A DNA stretch of 38,821 bases. Source: Fibrobacterales bacterium. GTDB taxonomy: Bacteria; Fibrobacterota; Fibrobacteria; Fibrobacterales; JAOPTW01. This document shows, one piece after another, positions 17,537-28,165 of this stretch (within the stretch, counting starts at the first letter, position 1; the number at the start of each line of letters is the position of its first letter). The notes beneath the pieces were generated by a model. That model was not told where the DNA came from. It saw only the letters and a program-made list of their open reading frames with translations, and searched no databases. The stretch is from positions 1 through 38,821 of the forward strand of contig JAOPTX010000026.1 of NCBI GenBank assembly GCA_051532055.1. Reading direction: 5' to 3'. Both the position numbers and the translations under genes were made by a program.

Positions 17537-19480
17537 TTATTTCCCATAATATTTTAAATAGAATTCGTTGCAGTCTTGTGATAGCGTACCGAGTCGGCGC
17601 TTAATCAAGAAGAGCCCTGTGAGCTGTATGACTGTTTTGAAGTTTTCGACAAAACCTCGCTTTGTCCAGGTACGGGTACTGCATTCAACATATCCAGGGA
17701 TAAAAACGGTGTCTCCTTGCTCTTTAATAAGGAGGGCGATTTCAATATCTTCCATCAGTCTAAAAGGACGTAACTTAGCTTTAATTGAGGCCGTTCTAAA
17801 AAACTGAACTTGATCTCCAAATGAGATTCCGAGGTATTTTGCTCGGAGAGTATTCAAGAGTTGGGTTAGGGTAAACTTCATGGACGTATCAGTGTATCGT
17901 GCCCCAAGCGCACCTCCCTGTACGGCTGGTGATCGGTCGAGGGTTTCTATGATTGATTCAATAGCGCCACCTTTGAGTATAGTGTCAGCATGAACTACAG
18001 CAATAGCATTGCTGGTCGCTTCTTCAATACCCGTCAGTATTTGATTACCCCTGCCTTTCTCTGCTATAATAACTGAAACATTTTCAAAGGTACGGGCAAT
18101 ATCTCGCGTTTTATCATGTGAGCCGCCATCAACAACGATGATCTCTTCGATTCCTTTTTGATAGGTGAGAGAATCAAGACAGGCGGCAACATTTTTACCT
18201 TCATTGAAGGTGGGAATGATAACGCTTATTTTTGATCGTTTGAGCCCTACAGATGGCTCTTTAATTTGACGTTCGAATACGAATAGAGTTGCAAGAACAA
18301 AAGGAACATACTCTATCAGTTGCAGTATTAGTTCATTATGCCAAAAATTTCCACTGACCAAATCATTGTACCTAAAGACGAGAGGGATAACAGTAAGGTG
18401 GAGGAGGAGCACAGGGCGTGAGGGGTGGAGTACCAAAAATGGGGTAATCATGATAAGGTACCAAGGATGGAAGGTAGGGCTACAGAGAATAAATATGAGA
18501 GCAGCATTAAAAATTGCTTTTGAACGCATCGGCGTCACAAAGAAAATGGCGGTATACAGGAGCGCAGCAACAGGAAAGACAATGAGAGTCGCTATTTTTT
18601 CGCTGACGATTAAACTGATGAGAGAATGGAGGAGACCATTGTAGGAGAGCGATGTGGTAAATTTAGTTAGGCTTTGTATCAGTTCGATGGGTGTTTCTAG
18701 ATAGGCAAACATAAGGTAAAAGGGGATGCATATAAAGCTGAGATGTATGACATTTTTTCGATTGATAAAAAGCGGGAGGAATATGATGTAGGGTGCTTTA
18801 ATCATAATGGCGAGGCCTACAGAGATATAGAGCCAAATCCACTGTTTTTTGAGATAGAGGAGATAGGCGAGAACAATAAAAAAGAGCGGTAAAATTTCGA
18901 GGTGTGCTTCGCCCATTGTGTAAATCAAAATAAGTGGGTTTAATCCATAGAGGAGTAGATTACTCATGTGTTTTTTTCTGAGGAGAATTATCTGTCTGAG
19001 CATGAGGATCATGCCAACATCAAAAATGAGAAACAGAATACGGTAACTGGTTATCGAGCCAAATAGATCGTACATCACTTTAAAAATCATCTGTGCAAGG
19101 GGCCAATAGATTGTAGTGTAATCTTTATGATTTACCCTACCCCAAATACCATCTCTTAGACCAAGGAGCTCTAGGCTGTCGGGGGCAACGTCAAAGGGAT
19201 TAAATCCGTAGAGCTGTATTTTTCCTTCCCAGAGGTACCGAAAAATATCCCCGTTCACCGGAAAGAGAAAAAACCCGACTTTTATAACAATAGAAAAGGC
19301 GAGGATGCCGTATATAAACCTATTGGATATCCGTTGTTTCCATAAGGTAGTCATGGAGAAAAACATAATTATTGTAAAAAACAGCATTGAGGGATTGTGC
19401 TCAATAGTATCTAACTGAGAAATAAGAATACCAGATGAGAGTACGTAGGCAACAAGGGCGATAATAGAGGGCGTCTGCAA
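17537..19480 (-). CDS. Fusion of a membrane GT-C (GT87/DUF2029-like) glycosyltransferase and a GT2 (TIGR04283-like) glycosyltransferase
   Basis: N-terminal DIFRYLWEG, NPF..AP, TIYWPLAQ, LNPL, HPWY motifs; C-terminal SVIIPTFNE, VVDGGSHD, GRGNQ, HAD, FGDQ, LMED motifs. Confidence 0.82.
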   Translation of the reverse strand: MQTPSIIALVAYVLSSGILISQLDTIEHNPSMLFFTIIMFFSMTTLWKQRISNRFIYGILAFSIVIKVGFFLFPVNGDIFRYLWEGKIQLYGFNPFDVAPDSLELLGLRDGIWGRVNHKDYTTIYWPLAQMIFKVMYDLFGSITSYRILFLIFDVGMILMLRQIILLRKKHMSNLLLYGLNPLILIYTMGEAHLEILPLFFIVLAYLLYLKKQWIWLYISVGLAIMIKAPYIIFLPLFINRKNVIHLSFICIPFYLMFAYLETPIELIQSLTKFTTSLSYNGLLHSLISLIVSEKIATLIVFPVAALLYTAIFFVTPMRSKAIFNAALIFILCSPTFHPWYLIMITPFLVLHPSRPVLLLHLTVIPLVFRYNDLVSGNFWHNELILQLIEYVPFVLATLFVFERQIKEPSVGLKRSKISVIIPTFNEGKNVAACLDSLTYQKGIEEIIVVDGGSHDKTRDIARTFENVSVIIAEKGRGNQILTGIEEATSNAIAVVHADTILKGGAIESIIETLDRSPAVQGGALGARYTDTSMKFTLTQLLNTLRAKYLGISFGDQVQFFRTASIKAKLRPFRLMEDIEIALLIKEQGDTVFIPGYVECSTRTWTKRGFVENFKTVIQLTGLFLIKRRLGTLSQDCNEFYLKYYGK

Positions 19481-19621
19481 GGCTGCCTTTAATTGAGAGA
19501 TTGTATGTATCTAGTATAACAAAATATAAGGTACCAGATCAAGTAAATAGTGTTTGATTAAATGCAAAGAGAGCCAACACCGTTGAGTAGCGGTGCAAGC
19601 CAATTATATTTTTTTAATGAT

Positions 19622-20713
19622 CTAAAAAAGAGGGAGGTATTGAATGTAGCCTCGTGCCTCAAGCTCTTCTTTTGGTATAAAATCGATAGAAGCGGAATTC
19701 AGACAATATCTGAGTCCTGTGGGGGCTGGACCATCATCAAAAACATGACCCAAATGAGAATCTCCATAGCGACTCCGTACTTCAACACGCTTCATGCCAA
19801 GAGTGGTGTCTTCTACCTCGATTACATTATTAGATTCGAGAGGGGTATGGAAACTTGGCCAGCCTGTTCCTGATACAAATTTTGTTGTAGAGCTAAAAAG
19901 AGGTTCCTTACTGACAAGATCAACATAGATACCCTCTTTTTTGTTGTCCCAGTATTCATTATTAAAGGGGCGCTCTGTGCCATTATTTTGAGTTACTGCA
20001 AATTGTAAGTCGGTGAGTGAATCTTTGAGTGCTACTACAGGGGGGCGACTATAGGTAAATTGACTGGGGGTGGCCCAATACTTTGCGATAAATGCATCTC
20101 TCCCAGAGCCGGTACGATAGCGATAGTAGTGATCAGGGCTTTTTTTGTAATAATCCTGATGATACTCTTCTGCAGGCCAAAATTCTCCTACTTGGGTGAG
20201 CTCTGTTGCAATGGGCTTAGGAAAAGGGTTGTATTCACTGAGTTGAGCCATTGATTTCTCAGCAATCTGTTTTTGATGACTAGTATGGTAAAAAATTCCA
20301 GGTCGATATTGGGTACCCCGGTCATAAAAGGAGCCCCCTGCATCAGTTGGGTCATACTGTCTCCAGAAAAATTCGACGAGCTGATTATACGTAACGATGG
20401 TGGAATCAAAATAGACACGGACCACTTCAGTGTGACTTGTGGCCCCCGATGATACTTGAGAATAGGTTGGGTTTTGCTCTGTACCACCAGCATAACCAGA
20501 AATTGAAGATTCTACTCCTTCTAATTCATCGAAAACTGACTCAATACACCAGAAGCAGCCGCCGGCAAATGTGGCAGAATCATTTGCTTGAATCACATCT
20601 GAAGTTCCGATATCAGAGATATCATTTGCTTGAGTTGTTTTGGCTTCGACACAGGATGTCGCCGACAAGAATGTGGTGACTAATAAACTGAGAATTATTG
20701 ATGACGTCTTCAT
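19622..20713 (-). CDS. msrAB: Fused methionine sulfoxide reductase MsrA/MsrB, predicted exported lipoprotein
   Basis: [15 protein letters not shown] (MsrA); GWPSF, HLGHVF.DGP, RYCLNS (MsrB). From ATG 20713: [21 protein letters not shown] signal/lipobox-like. Confidence 0.92.
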   Translation of the reverse strand: MKTSSIILSLLVTTFLSATSCVEAKTTQANDISDIGTSDVIQANDSATFAGGCFWCIESVFDELEGVESSISGYAGGTEQNPTYSQVSSGATSHTEVVRVYFDSTIVTYNQLVEFFWRQYDPTDAGGSFYDRGTQYRPGIFYHTSHQKQIAEKSMAQLSEYNPFPKPIATELTQVGEFWPAEEYHQDYYKKSPDHYYRYRTGSGRDAFIAKYWATPSQFTYSRPPVVALKDSLTDLQFAVTQNNGTERPFNNEYWDNKKEGIYVDLVSKEPLFSSTTKFVSGTGWPSFHTPLESNNVIEVEDTTLGMKRVEVRSRYGDSHLGHVFDDGPAPTGLRYCLNSASIDFIPKEELEARGYIQYLPLF

Positions 20714-21027
20714 ATTGAGGCTCACGCGGATGTTCATATAACTTTGTATGTTCATTAGGCTATCCCTTACAAACTATCTTCGAAGAGCCCTGTAAAAACG
20801 AGAAGATAGTAGCCTTTATGGATATAAACATAACTTATTTGAACAAATTTGATATGATTACATATTAGGTAAGCGTTATGTTTGTGGAGTAAAGTGGCTA
20901 TTATAGCTATTAAAGGCCAAAAAAGACTTAATTACAAGTTTTTACGAAGTTGGAAAATAGTTCAACACACTTTATAACAATATTGTTAAAATTTACTCTA
21001 CAGATTTTTCATAATGTGAAGGTAATT

Positions 21028-21609
21028 GTGGGAAGCTTTTTCGATAGTCTGGGTAAACTAAAATACCCTATAGTAATTGCGTTAGCAATCTTGGTTGGGA
21101 TTGGTATGTATACAGCATATCAAGCTCGAGTGTGGAGTTATGCGTCGAGCTCTCCAGAAACCTGTATTAACTGTCATGTTATGACGAGTGAATACGTATC
21201 GTGGAGAAGAAGTTCACATGGACGTTTTAGTACCTGTGTCGACTGTCACCTCCCGCAACAAAATATTGTCAAGAAAATGGCCTATAAAGCAATAGATGGT
21301 ATGGTTCATACTGCAGTGTTTACTGCACACGCAGAGCCACAAGCTATTACGATATCTCCAATGGGCAAAAAAGCAGTTCAAGAGAACTGTAAGCGATGTC
21401 ATGAGAGCCTCGTGCACGATATTGGTCTTCTGGGTCATGATAATGATGATTATGAGAAGGGTGAAAAGCGCTGTTGGGATTGTCATAGGCATGTTCCTCA
21501 TGGTACAGTTAAAAGTTTATCTTCCACTCCAAATGCAGGTATTGGAATCGGCCCCGCTGATCGAGTACCCGAGTGGATCAAAGAACATTCAAAAAAAAAC
21601 AATAAATAA
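21028..21609 (+). CDS. nrfH: Cytochrome c nitrite reductase small subunit (tetrahaem NapC/NirT family)
   Basis: One TM helix and four CxxCH (CINCH, CVDCH, CKRCH, CWDCH), directly upstream of nrfA. GTG 21028 (after AAGGT) chosen; start uncertain. Confidence 0.93.
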   Translation: MGSFFDSLGKLKYPIVIALAILVGIGMYTAYQARVWSYASSSPETCINCHVMTSEYVSWRRSSHGRFSTCVDCHLPQQNIVKKMAYKAIDGMVHTAVFTAHAEPQAITISPMGKKAVQENCKRCHESLVHDIGLLGHDNDDYEKGEKRCWDCHRHVPHGTVKSLSSTPNAGIGIGPADRVPEWIKEHSKKNNK

Positions 21610-21620
21610 ACAAAAATAAG

Positions 21621-23141
21621 GTGGTCACAGTGGCTAAAGAAAACAAATCAATTCTTGGATGGCTTCTCTTTTTTGCAATAATAGTTGCAATAGTTCTTGG
21701 AGGACTTCTTGCGTCTGATATTGTAAATAGAAGAGTAGAAGCAAAAGTTGCATACCGTCCGGTTAAACCGCTCAAACAGTTTGAGCCCCGTAATGAAGAG
21801 TTTATTAAACAGTATCCTCTCGAAGGAGAGACCTGGAAAGAGACTGCGAAAAAAGACTTCAAATCAAAACACAACGGTAATGTTGATATTGATATGCTTG
21901 AAGTTGATCCGCGCTTAGTCATTCTTTGGGCTGGTTATGGCTTCTCTAAAGGGTATAATCAATCAAAAGGTCACTTTTATGCGATTGATGATATTCATAA
22001 AATACAACGAACAGGTGCACCAATGAAAAAAGGTGATGGCCCTATGCCAGCAACCTGCTGGACCTGTAAATCTCCCGATGTACCAAGACTCATGAATGAG
22101 CTTGGTAAAGATGGTAAAGATGGTGTTGCTGAATTCTATAAAGGCAAATGGTTTGATAAAGGTGAAGAAATCGTAAATCCTATTGGGTGTGCGGATTGTC
22201 ACAATCCAGAAACAATGGAACTTGCAATCTCTCGTCCTGCTCTTGTTGAAGCATTTCAGCGTCAAGGCAAAGATATCAATGATGCGACTCATAATGAAAT
22301 GCGTTCACTCGTTTGCGCCCAGTGTCATGTTGAGTACTATTTTGATAAAAAAGTAAAACCTGGATCACCCTATCTGACATTCCCTTGGGATAAAGGAATG
22401 AGTGTCGAGGCGATGGAAGAGTATTATGATGAGATCAAGTTTAAAGATTGGACTCATAAAATTTCAAAAGCACCAATGCTTAAAGCGCAGCATCCAGGGT
22501 ACGAAGTACACCTTCAAGGAATTCATGGAAAACGTGGTGTAAGCTGTGCAGATTGTCACATGCCATACAAGACTCAAGGTGCGGTTAAATTTTCTGATCA
22601 CAGAATTCAATCACCACTCAATAATATCGCAAACTCATGTCAGGTTTGCCATAGAGAAAGTGCTGAAGAATTGAAAGCAAATGTCTACTCTAACCAAGAT
22701 AAAGTAATTGATGTTCGTGATCAACTCGAAATTCTTCTCGTTAAAGCACATCTCGAAGCGGGTAAAGCATGGGAAGTTGGCGCAAAAGAAGAACAGATGA
22801 AAGATATTCTTCAAGATATTCGTCATGCGCAGTGGCGCTGGGATTATGCAGCAGCATCACATGGTGCTTCATTTCATGCTCCTGTTGAAATCACTCGTGT
22901 AATTAGTACTGGTATCCAGAGAGCTCAAGAGGCACGCATTAAACTTGCGAAGCTCCTTCCAAAACTTGGTTTTGATGGAGAGGTTCCTTATCCTGACATC
23001 TCAACTAAAGATAAAGCACAGCGTTTCATTGGCCTTGATCCAGACAAAATGAAAGCTGATAAGAAGAAATTTTTGGAGACTATTGTTCCTGAATGGAATA
23101 AACGTGCCGCAGAACGCGAAGCGAAATACGACTCAAAATAA
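21621..23141 (+). CDS. nrfA: Ammonia-forming cytochrome c nitrite reductase catalytic subunit
   Basis: CWTCK (CxxCK) plus four CxxCH; CHVEYYF, KAQHP, RHAQWRWD, SHGASFHAP motifs. Confidence 0.97.
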   Translation: MVTVAKENKSILGWLLFFAIIVAIVLGGLLASDIVNRRVEAKVAYRPVKPLKQFEPRNEEFIKQYPLEGETWKETAKKDFKSKHNGNVDIDMLEVDPRLVILWAGYGFSKGYNQSKGHFYAIDDIHKIQRTGAPMKKGDGPMPATCWTCKSPDVPRLMNELGKDGKDGVAEFYKGKWFDKGEEIVNPIGCADCHNPETMELAISRPALVEAFQRQGKDINDATHNEMRSLVCAQCHVEYYFDKKVKPGSPYLTFPWDKGMSVEAMEEYYDEIKFKDWTHKISKAPMLKAQHPGYEVHLQGIHGKRGVSCADCHMPYKTQGAVKFSDHRIQSPLNNIANSCQVCHRESAEELKANVYSNQDKVIDVRDQLEILLVKAHLEAGKAWEVGAKEEQMKDILQDIRHAQWRWDYAAASHGASFHAPVEITRVISTGIQRAQEARIKLAKLLPKLGFDGEVPYPDISTKDKAQRFIGLDPDKMKADKKKFLETIVPEWNKRAAEREAKYDSK

Positions 23142-23160
23142 TCTAATTGTACATAATCTT

Positions 23161-23193
23161 AAAAGCCTCCTGTTTTTTCAGGGGGCTTTTTTT
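23161..23193 (+). terminator. Rho-independent terminator of nrfHA
   Basis: AAAAGCCTCCTG-TTTTTT-CAGGGGGC followed by a T7 run. Confidence 0.85.
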
Positions 23194-23270
23194 GTTCTTT
23201 TTCCTGAAAATTTGAAGAATTTAGAGTTTAGTAGTATAATGAGGTAAGTGTATTTAGAAGTGGATAGGCT

Positions 23271-24464
23271 ATGTTTATACTTCGGAAACCAACAATATTC
23301 GGGCTGCTTTTTGGGGTTCTTATAATCTCTCTCTGTTCCTGTAGTACTCAGGATGAAAAAACTCCTCGTGCAAAAGATACGAGTACTACTCAAAAGGCGA
23401 GCCCTGCTCAGCCTAGAGATACTAATAAAATATACCTTGGAGTTCTCGCTGCAAAAACAGGTGATGCGTCAAAAGGGAATCGTCATGTTTTCCCCAGTGT
23501 ACAATATGCTATAGATGAAATTAATCGTAGTGGTGGTATTAGGGGTAAACAGATTGAGGCAATTGAGTACGACAATGAGAGTTCTTCTCTGGGGTCAAAA
23601 AACGTTGCCAAGCAGGCGGTCAAAGATAATGTCATTGCAGTCATAGGTCCTGCTCGGAGCTCTTTTGCTATAGCAACTGCCGAGGTACTACAACAGGCGG
23701 GTATTCCCATGATTACCCCGACAGCTACAAACCCTAAGGTTACCCTTGTTGGGGACTATATTTTTAGAATACCTTTTCTGGATACGTATCAAGGTGAGGT
23801 TATAGCCAAATTCTCTTACAATGATTTGAAAGCGAGAACTGCGGTAATTCTTGTCAACGCAAACCGGATTTATAGTATTGAGCTCGCGAAATATTATAAA
23901 CGTCAATTTGAAAAGTTTGGCGGTACAGTATTATTGTCCTATGACTATCTTGATACTGAGACTGATTATAAAAAGTTTTTAACAAAAATAAAATCTCTCA
24001 ATCCTGATGTTGTTTTTATCCCAAGTGAGAGTCGCGATGTGGGTTTTATTATGAAACAAGCATTGGGTGTAGGCCTTAAATGTGATTTTGTTGGGACTGA
24101 CTCTTGGGGGGAAGACATTTTTGTTTTTTCGGGTGATATGAAATACAGAGGTTTTTATACCTCTCTGTGGCATAAAGAGTATAGCGCAAGTAAGAATTTT
24201 CTAACAGCGTATGAGACTAAAATGGGTGAACTAAATCACTCTATGGTACCCTTAACCTATGATGCGGTAATGGTACTCAAAAATGCCATTGAACGCGCTC
24301 ATTCATTTGATCGAGTTGCTATTAAAGAGAGTTTAGCCAAGACAAAAGGGTATAAAGGGGTTTCAGGTGTACTCACTTTTGATAAAAATGGTGATCCTAT
24401 AGATAAAGGTATCCCGATTCTTCAGTTACAGAAGCCACCTAAATTTGTAAAATACGTACAGTAA
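23271..24464 (+). CDS. LivJ/K-like (branched-chain amino acid type) substrate-binding lipoprotein
   Basis: Lipobox-like LCSC; AIDEINRSGGIRG, PMITPTATNP, YIFR, YDAV motifs. Confidence 0.88.
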   Translation: MFILRKPTIFGLLFGVLIISLCSCSTQDEKTPRAKDTSTTQKASPAQPRDTNKIYLGVLAAKTGDASKGNRHVFPSVQYAIDEINRSGGIRGKQIEAIEYDNESSSLGSKNVAKQAVKDNVIAVIGPARSSFAIATAEVLQQAGIPMITPTATNPKVTLVGDYIFRIPFLDTYQGEVIAKFSYNDLKARTAVILVNANRIYSIELAKYYKRQFEKFGGTVLLSYDYLDTETDYKKFLTKIKSLNPDVVFIPSESRDVGFIMKQALGVGLKCDFVGTDSWGEDIFVFSGDMKYRGFYTSLWHKEYSASKNFLTAYETKMGELNHSMVPLTYDAVMVLKNAIERAHSFDRVAIKESLAKTKGYKGVSGVLTFDKNGDPIDKGIPILQLQKPPKFVKYVQ

Positions 24465-24467
24465 GCT

Positions 24468-26336
24468 ATGAATGATTGGAAGGTACAAAAGAAGATAAAT
24501 GCAATTATTATAGTTGTGTTTATTGTTTGTACAGTTCTATTTACAGGTATTCATGTGGTGTATCAACAAAAAAGAGTTGAGGCGTTCACCGAAAAAATAT
24601 CACTTCTTCTCAATACTCTGGTCGAGCGGGATCGTAAAGCACTTGCAAATGAAATATTTGAGAGCCGGCTCCGAGCAATAAAAATTCGTGTTGAGCAGAT
24701 GAATCAGGTTCAAGGAATGCTCGCTATTACTGTATACAATACTGTTGGTGAAGTGCTCTATCGCTCTTCAGCAGGGGAACTCGCCTCAGAAAAACTCGAT
24801 AATCAATTCACCAACAGACTGATGCAGCATTCTCTTTCTGTTATTGAAGACTATAATGATCAAAGGTCATTAGCCTATTATCAGCGTATCTCTGTTGTAG
24901 GTGAAACTCTTGGATATATAAAAATGAATTACTCTATGCGCGATGTAGAGCTTGATGAGAATATCGCTTTTGGATTGTTAGCTCTTCAACTTATAATTTT
25001 ATTTGTTGTGCTCTTTTTTCTGATTAAAGTATTTATTTCGCGTTCTATTGTATTTCCTCTTAAAGAGTTAGAAAAAACAATGAGTAATCTTGAATTTGCA
25101 AAGCCAGGTAAAAAAGTTGTGGTTAGAGGTAATGATGAAATAGGAAAATTATCAAAAGCCTTCAACACTATGTCGGACGAACTATTAGAGGCGCAGGGGT
25201 ATATTGACAATATTATCAACTCTATGCCTTCAATCCTTATAGGGCTCAATGCAGAATGCATGGTTACCCTTTGGAATTCGAAGGTTGAACGGCATAGTGG
25301 TATTAACTCAAAAGAGGCCTATGGCAAAAATATTGTAGAGGTTTTCCCTGAGTTGGGGCCAATGCTCCCAATGATTATAGAAAGTATAGAGTCTGGAGTG
25401 GTTCACCAAAAATTACGCCAAGAGCATGCTGTTGAGGCTGCTATTCGGTATGAGGATATCACAGTGTATCCACTGATTACGGAGGCAGTTGTTGGGGCAG
25501 TGATACGTATTGATGATGTAACAGAAAAAGTACAAATGGATGCTATGATTGTACAGAGCGAGAAGATGCTCTCAGTGGGTGGTCTTGCCGCTGGTATGGC
25601 TCACGAAATTAACAATCCACTTGCTGGTATGATTCAAAGCTCAAATGTATTGATTAATCGGATCTACAAAAACCTTGAAGCACCCGTGAATAAACAGGTT
25701 GCCGACTCTCTTAACCTCGATCTTTCTGCTCTCAAGACCTACATGGAGCAACGAAAAATACCACAAATGGTTGAGAATATTAACAGCTCGGGCATTCGAG
25801 TTTCAAAGATAGTTGAAAACATGTTGAGTTTTTCTCGAATGAGTGATTCTGAGAAAACGACCGCAAAAGCGGGTGATATTATTGATACAACTATTGAACT
25901 TGCGGAGACTGATTTTAACCTCAAGAAAAAATTTGATTTTCGGGCGATTGAAATAGTAAAAGACTATGGGGATAATGTCCCTGATGTTGAGTGTGAGATT
26001 GCAAAGATACAGCAGGTACTCCTCAATATTTTTAGAAATGGTGCTCAAGCTATGCAAGAGGCTCATATAGAAAAGCCTTGCTTTACCGTTCGGACATATT
26101 TGGACGATACAGCGAATCAGGTGTGTCTCGAAATAGAGGACAACGGCCCCGGAATGAGTGAAGAGGTACGGAAAAGAATATTTGAACCATTTTTCACTAC
26201 GAAATCCGTAGGGTCAGGTACAGGACTTGGTTTGAGTGTTTCATTCTTTATTATTACTGAGCATCATGGTGGAGAAATGTTTGTAAAAAGTCAGCTTGGA
26301 GAAGGGGCAACATTCATCATAAAACTTCCCCTGTGA
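24468..26336 (+). CDS. Membrane sensor histidine kinase (2 TM, HAMP, PAS, HisKA, HATPase)
   Basis: DEIGKLSKAFNTM HAMP, AHEINNPL H-box, DNGPGM, GSGTGLGL. Confidence 0.92.
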   Translation: MNDWKVQKKINAIIIVVFIVCTVLFTGIHVVYQQKRVEAFTEKISLLLNTLVERDRKALANEIFESRLRAIKIRVEQMNQVQGMLAITVYNTVGEVLYRSSAGELASEKLDNQFTNRLMQHSLSVIEDYNDQRSLAYYQRISVVGETLGYIKMNYSMRDVELDENIAFGLLALQLIILFVVLFFLIKVFISRSIVFPLKELEKTMSNLEFAKPGKKVVVRGNDEIGKLSKAFNTMSDELLEAQGYIDNIINSMPSILIGLNAECMVTLWNSKVERHSGINSKEAYGKNIVEVFPELGPMLPMIIESIESGVVHQKLRQEHAVEAAIRYEDITVYPLITEAVVGAVIRIDDVTEKVQMDAMIVQSEKMLSVGGLAAGMAHEINNPLAGMIQSSNVLINRIYKNLEAPVNKQVADSLNLDLSALKTYMEQRKIPQMVENINSSGIRVSKIVENMLSFSRMSDSEKTTAKAGDIIDTTIELAETDFNLKKKFDFRAIEIVKDYGDNVPDVECEIAKIQQVLLNIFRNGAQAMQEAHIEKPCFTVRTYLDDTANQVCLEIEDNGPGMSEEVRKRIFEPFFTTKSVGSGTGLGLSVSFFIITEHHGGEMFVKSQLGEGATFIIKLPL

Positions 26337-26479
26337 AATGAGGTGAGTACAACTTTAAACAACAGGTTGTAAAACTGTTATAAAGCCGAGCATTTTACGT
26401 TCAAATAGTCAGAGATACTTATATTTATAATCATAACAACATTGAGAATTTAGGTTAAAAACCGGTATTAGAAGGTGAT

Positions 26480-27367
26480 ATGCACATTACTGAATTAATA
26501 GGGAACACCCCTCTTGTAGAACTACAGCGGATTAATACAAATCCAAATGTTAAGGTATTGGTAAAGCTTGAAGGGAACAACCCAGCGGGGTCAGTAAAAG
26601 ACCGTCCAGCCTACTCGATGATTAAGAGAGCTTTAGAGCGTGGTGAAATTGATGAGAATTCTAAATTGATAGAGCCCACAAGTGGTAACACTGGCATTGC
26701 ACTCGCAATGGTAGCGAGCATGCTTGGACTTACTATTGAACTTGTTATGCCGGCCAATGCTTCAAAAGAACGCGTTCTCACTATGGAAGCTTTTGGTGCA
26801 ACGGTTACCCTTACTCCTGCAGAGGGGAGTATGGAAGGTGCTATTGATTATGCCCATAAGCAAGTCAAAGAAAATGGCTGTGTTATTTTAAATCAGTTTG
26901 CGAACCCAGATAACTGGGTGGCGCATTATGAAGGTACGGGGCCTGAAATATGGAACGATACCAATGGAGATGTTACACACTTTGTTTCATCAATGGGGAC
27001 TACGGGAACCATTATGGGGGTATCGCGATATCTTAAGGAACAGAGTGAACAGGTACAAATTGTCGGGTGTCAACCAACAGAGAACTCCAATATACCGGGG
27101 ATTCGCAGATGGCCTAAAGAGTACCTTCCTAAAATATTTGAACCGGATAGAGTTGATGTCGTTGCTGATGTTTCAGAAGCAGACGCAGTCCGGATGACTC
27201 AGCGACTTGCCCGAGAAGAGGGGATTTTTGCTGGGATGAGTTCAGGGGGAGCGGTACATGTTGCCGTTGAGCTTGCTAAAACATTAGAGAGTGGTACCAT
27301 AGTTGCAATTATTTGTGACCGGGGCGACCGCTATTTATCAACCAATTTATTTGTAAACAAGAGGTAA
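26480..27367 (+). CDS. cysM: Cysteine synthase B
   Basis: IGNTPLV, KLEGNNPAGSVKDR, PTSGNTG, MGTTGT, IPGIRRWP, CDRGDRYLS. Confidence 0.93.
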   Translation: MHITELIGNTPLVELQRINTNPNVKVLVKLEGNNPAGSVKDRPAYSMIKRALERGEIDENSKLIEPTSGNTGIALAMVASMLGLTIELVMPANASKERVLTMEAFGATVTLTPAEGSMEGAIDYAHKQVKENGCVILNQFANPDNWVAHYEGTGPEIWNDTNGDVTHFVSSMGTTGTIMGVSRYLKEQSEQVQIVGCQPTENSNIPGIRRWPKEYLPKIFEPDRVDVVADVSEADAVRMTQRLAREEGIFAGMSSGGAVHVAVELAKTLESGTIVAIICDRGDRYLSTNLFVNKR

Positions 27368-27370
27368 AGA

Positions 27371-27676
27371 ATGTCATATCTTGACGATATAAAAGAAGAA
27401 ATTGCTGATGGTACAGCACAATTAGTTGATGTACGTGAACAGGAAGAGTGGGATGCAGGTCATGTTGCTGGGGCGCTCTTTGCCCCTCTCACGCAGTTGA
27501 ACCAGGATGTTATTCCTGATTCCCTTGATAAAACTAAAAAACTCTATCTCTACTGTCGTAGTGGCGCACGTGTTCAAATGGCTGCTCCTGTATTAGAAGA
27601 GCATGGCTTTGAAGAGGTAGAGCCTCTTGCTGAAGGGTTTGTTGACCTCATTTCACTGGGCTTCGAACAGGCTTAG
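27371..27676 (+). CDS. Rhodanese-like single-domain protein
   Basis: DVRE..EWDAGHVAGA and active-site loop YCRSGAR. Confidence 0.9.
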   Translation: MSYLDDIKEEIADGTAQLVDVREQEEWDAGHVAGALFAPLTQLNQDVIPDSLDKTKKLYLYCRSGARVQMAAPVLEEHGFEEVEPLAEGFVDLISLGFEQA

Positions 27677-27677
27677 G

Positions 27678-28091
27678 GTGGTAGAAGTTACTCTTAAAAG
27701 AGATACGGGATATAAATTTGTCGCCTCTAATGAAACGGGTCATCAAGCAGTACTTGACGGTCCTGCAAAAATTGGTGGCACGGATGATGGTCTCCGTCCA
27801 ATGGAGATGATACTTATGGGTCTTGCGGGCTGTAGCTCTTTTGATCTTTTATCTATTCTCGAGAAACAACGTCAAACGGTAGAAGATCTTGAGATTAAAG
27901 TACAAGGGAGTCGTGTTGATACTGTTCCCTCGGTCTATGATACGATTCATCTCATTTTTGATTTTAAGGGTGATATTGACCCGGCAAAATTAGAACGAGC
28001 TCTTGCACTTGCTGTTGATAAGTACTGTTCGGTTGCAGAGATGCTCAAATCTACTGTTTCGATTACCTATGCCTATACCATAAATAAATGA
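27678..28091 (+). CDS. OsmC/YhfA family protein
   Basis: RPMEMILMGLAGCSSFD, KYCSV. GTG 27678 just after the rhodanese stop preferred over 27627. Confidence 0.88.
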   Translation: MVEVTLKRDTGYKFVASNETGHQAVLDGPAKIGGTDDGLRPMEMILMGLAGCSSFDLLSILEKQRQTVEDLEIKVQGSRVDTVPSVYDTIHLIFDFKGDIDPAKLERALALAVDKYCSVAEMLKSTVSITYAYTINK

Positions 28092-28165
28092 TACAGACAT
28101 ATGGGGATTCACTTTGATGAGTTGTGAGAGTAAATTTCGCAGCTCATTTTTTGTAAGGCTATAGA

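Noticed and set aside
20849..20862. FNR-like site TTGAT-ATGA-TTACA upstream of nrfH
   Set aside because: Only one good half-site in very AT-rich sequence; plausible but not distinguishable from chance.
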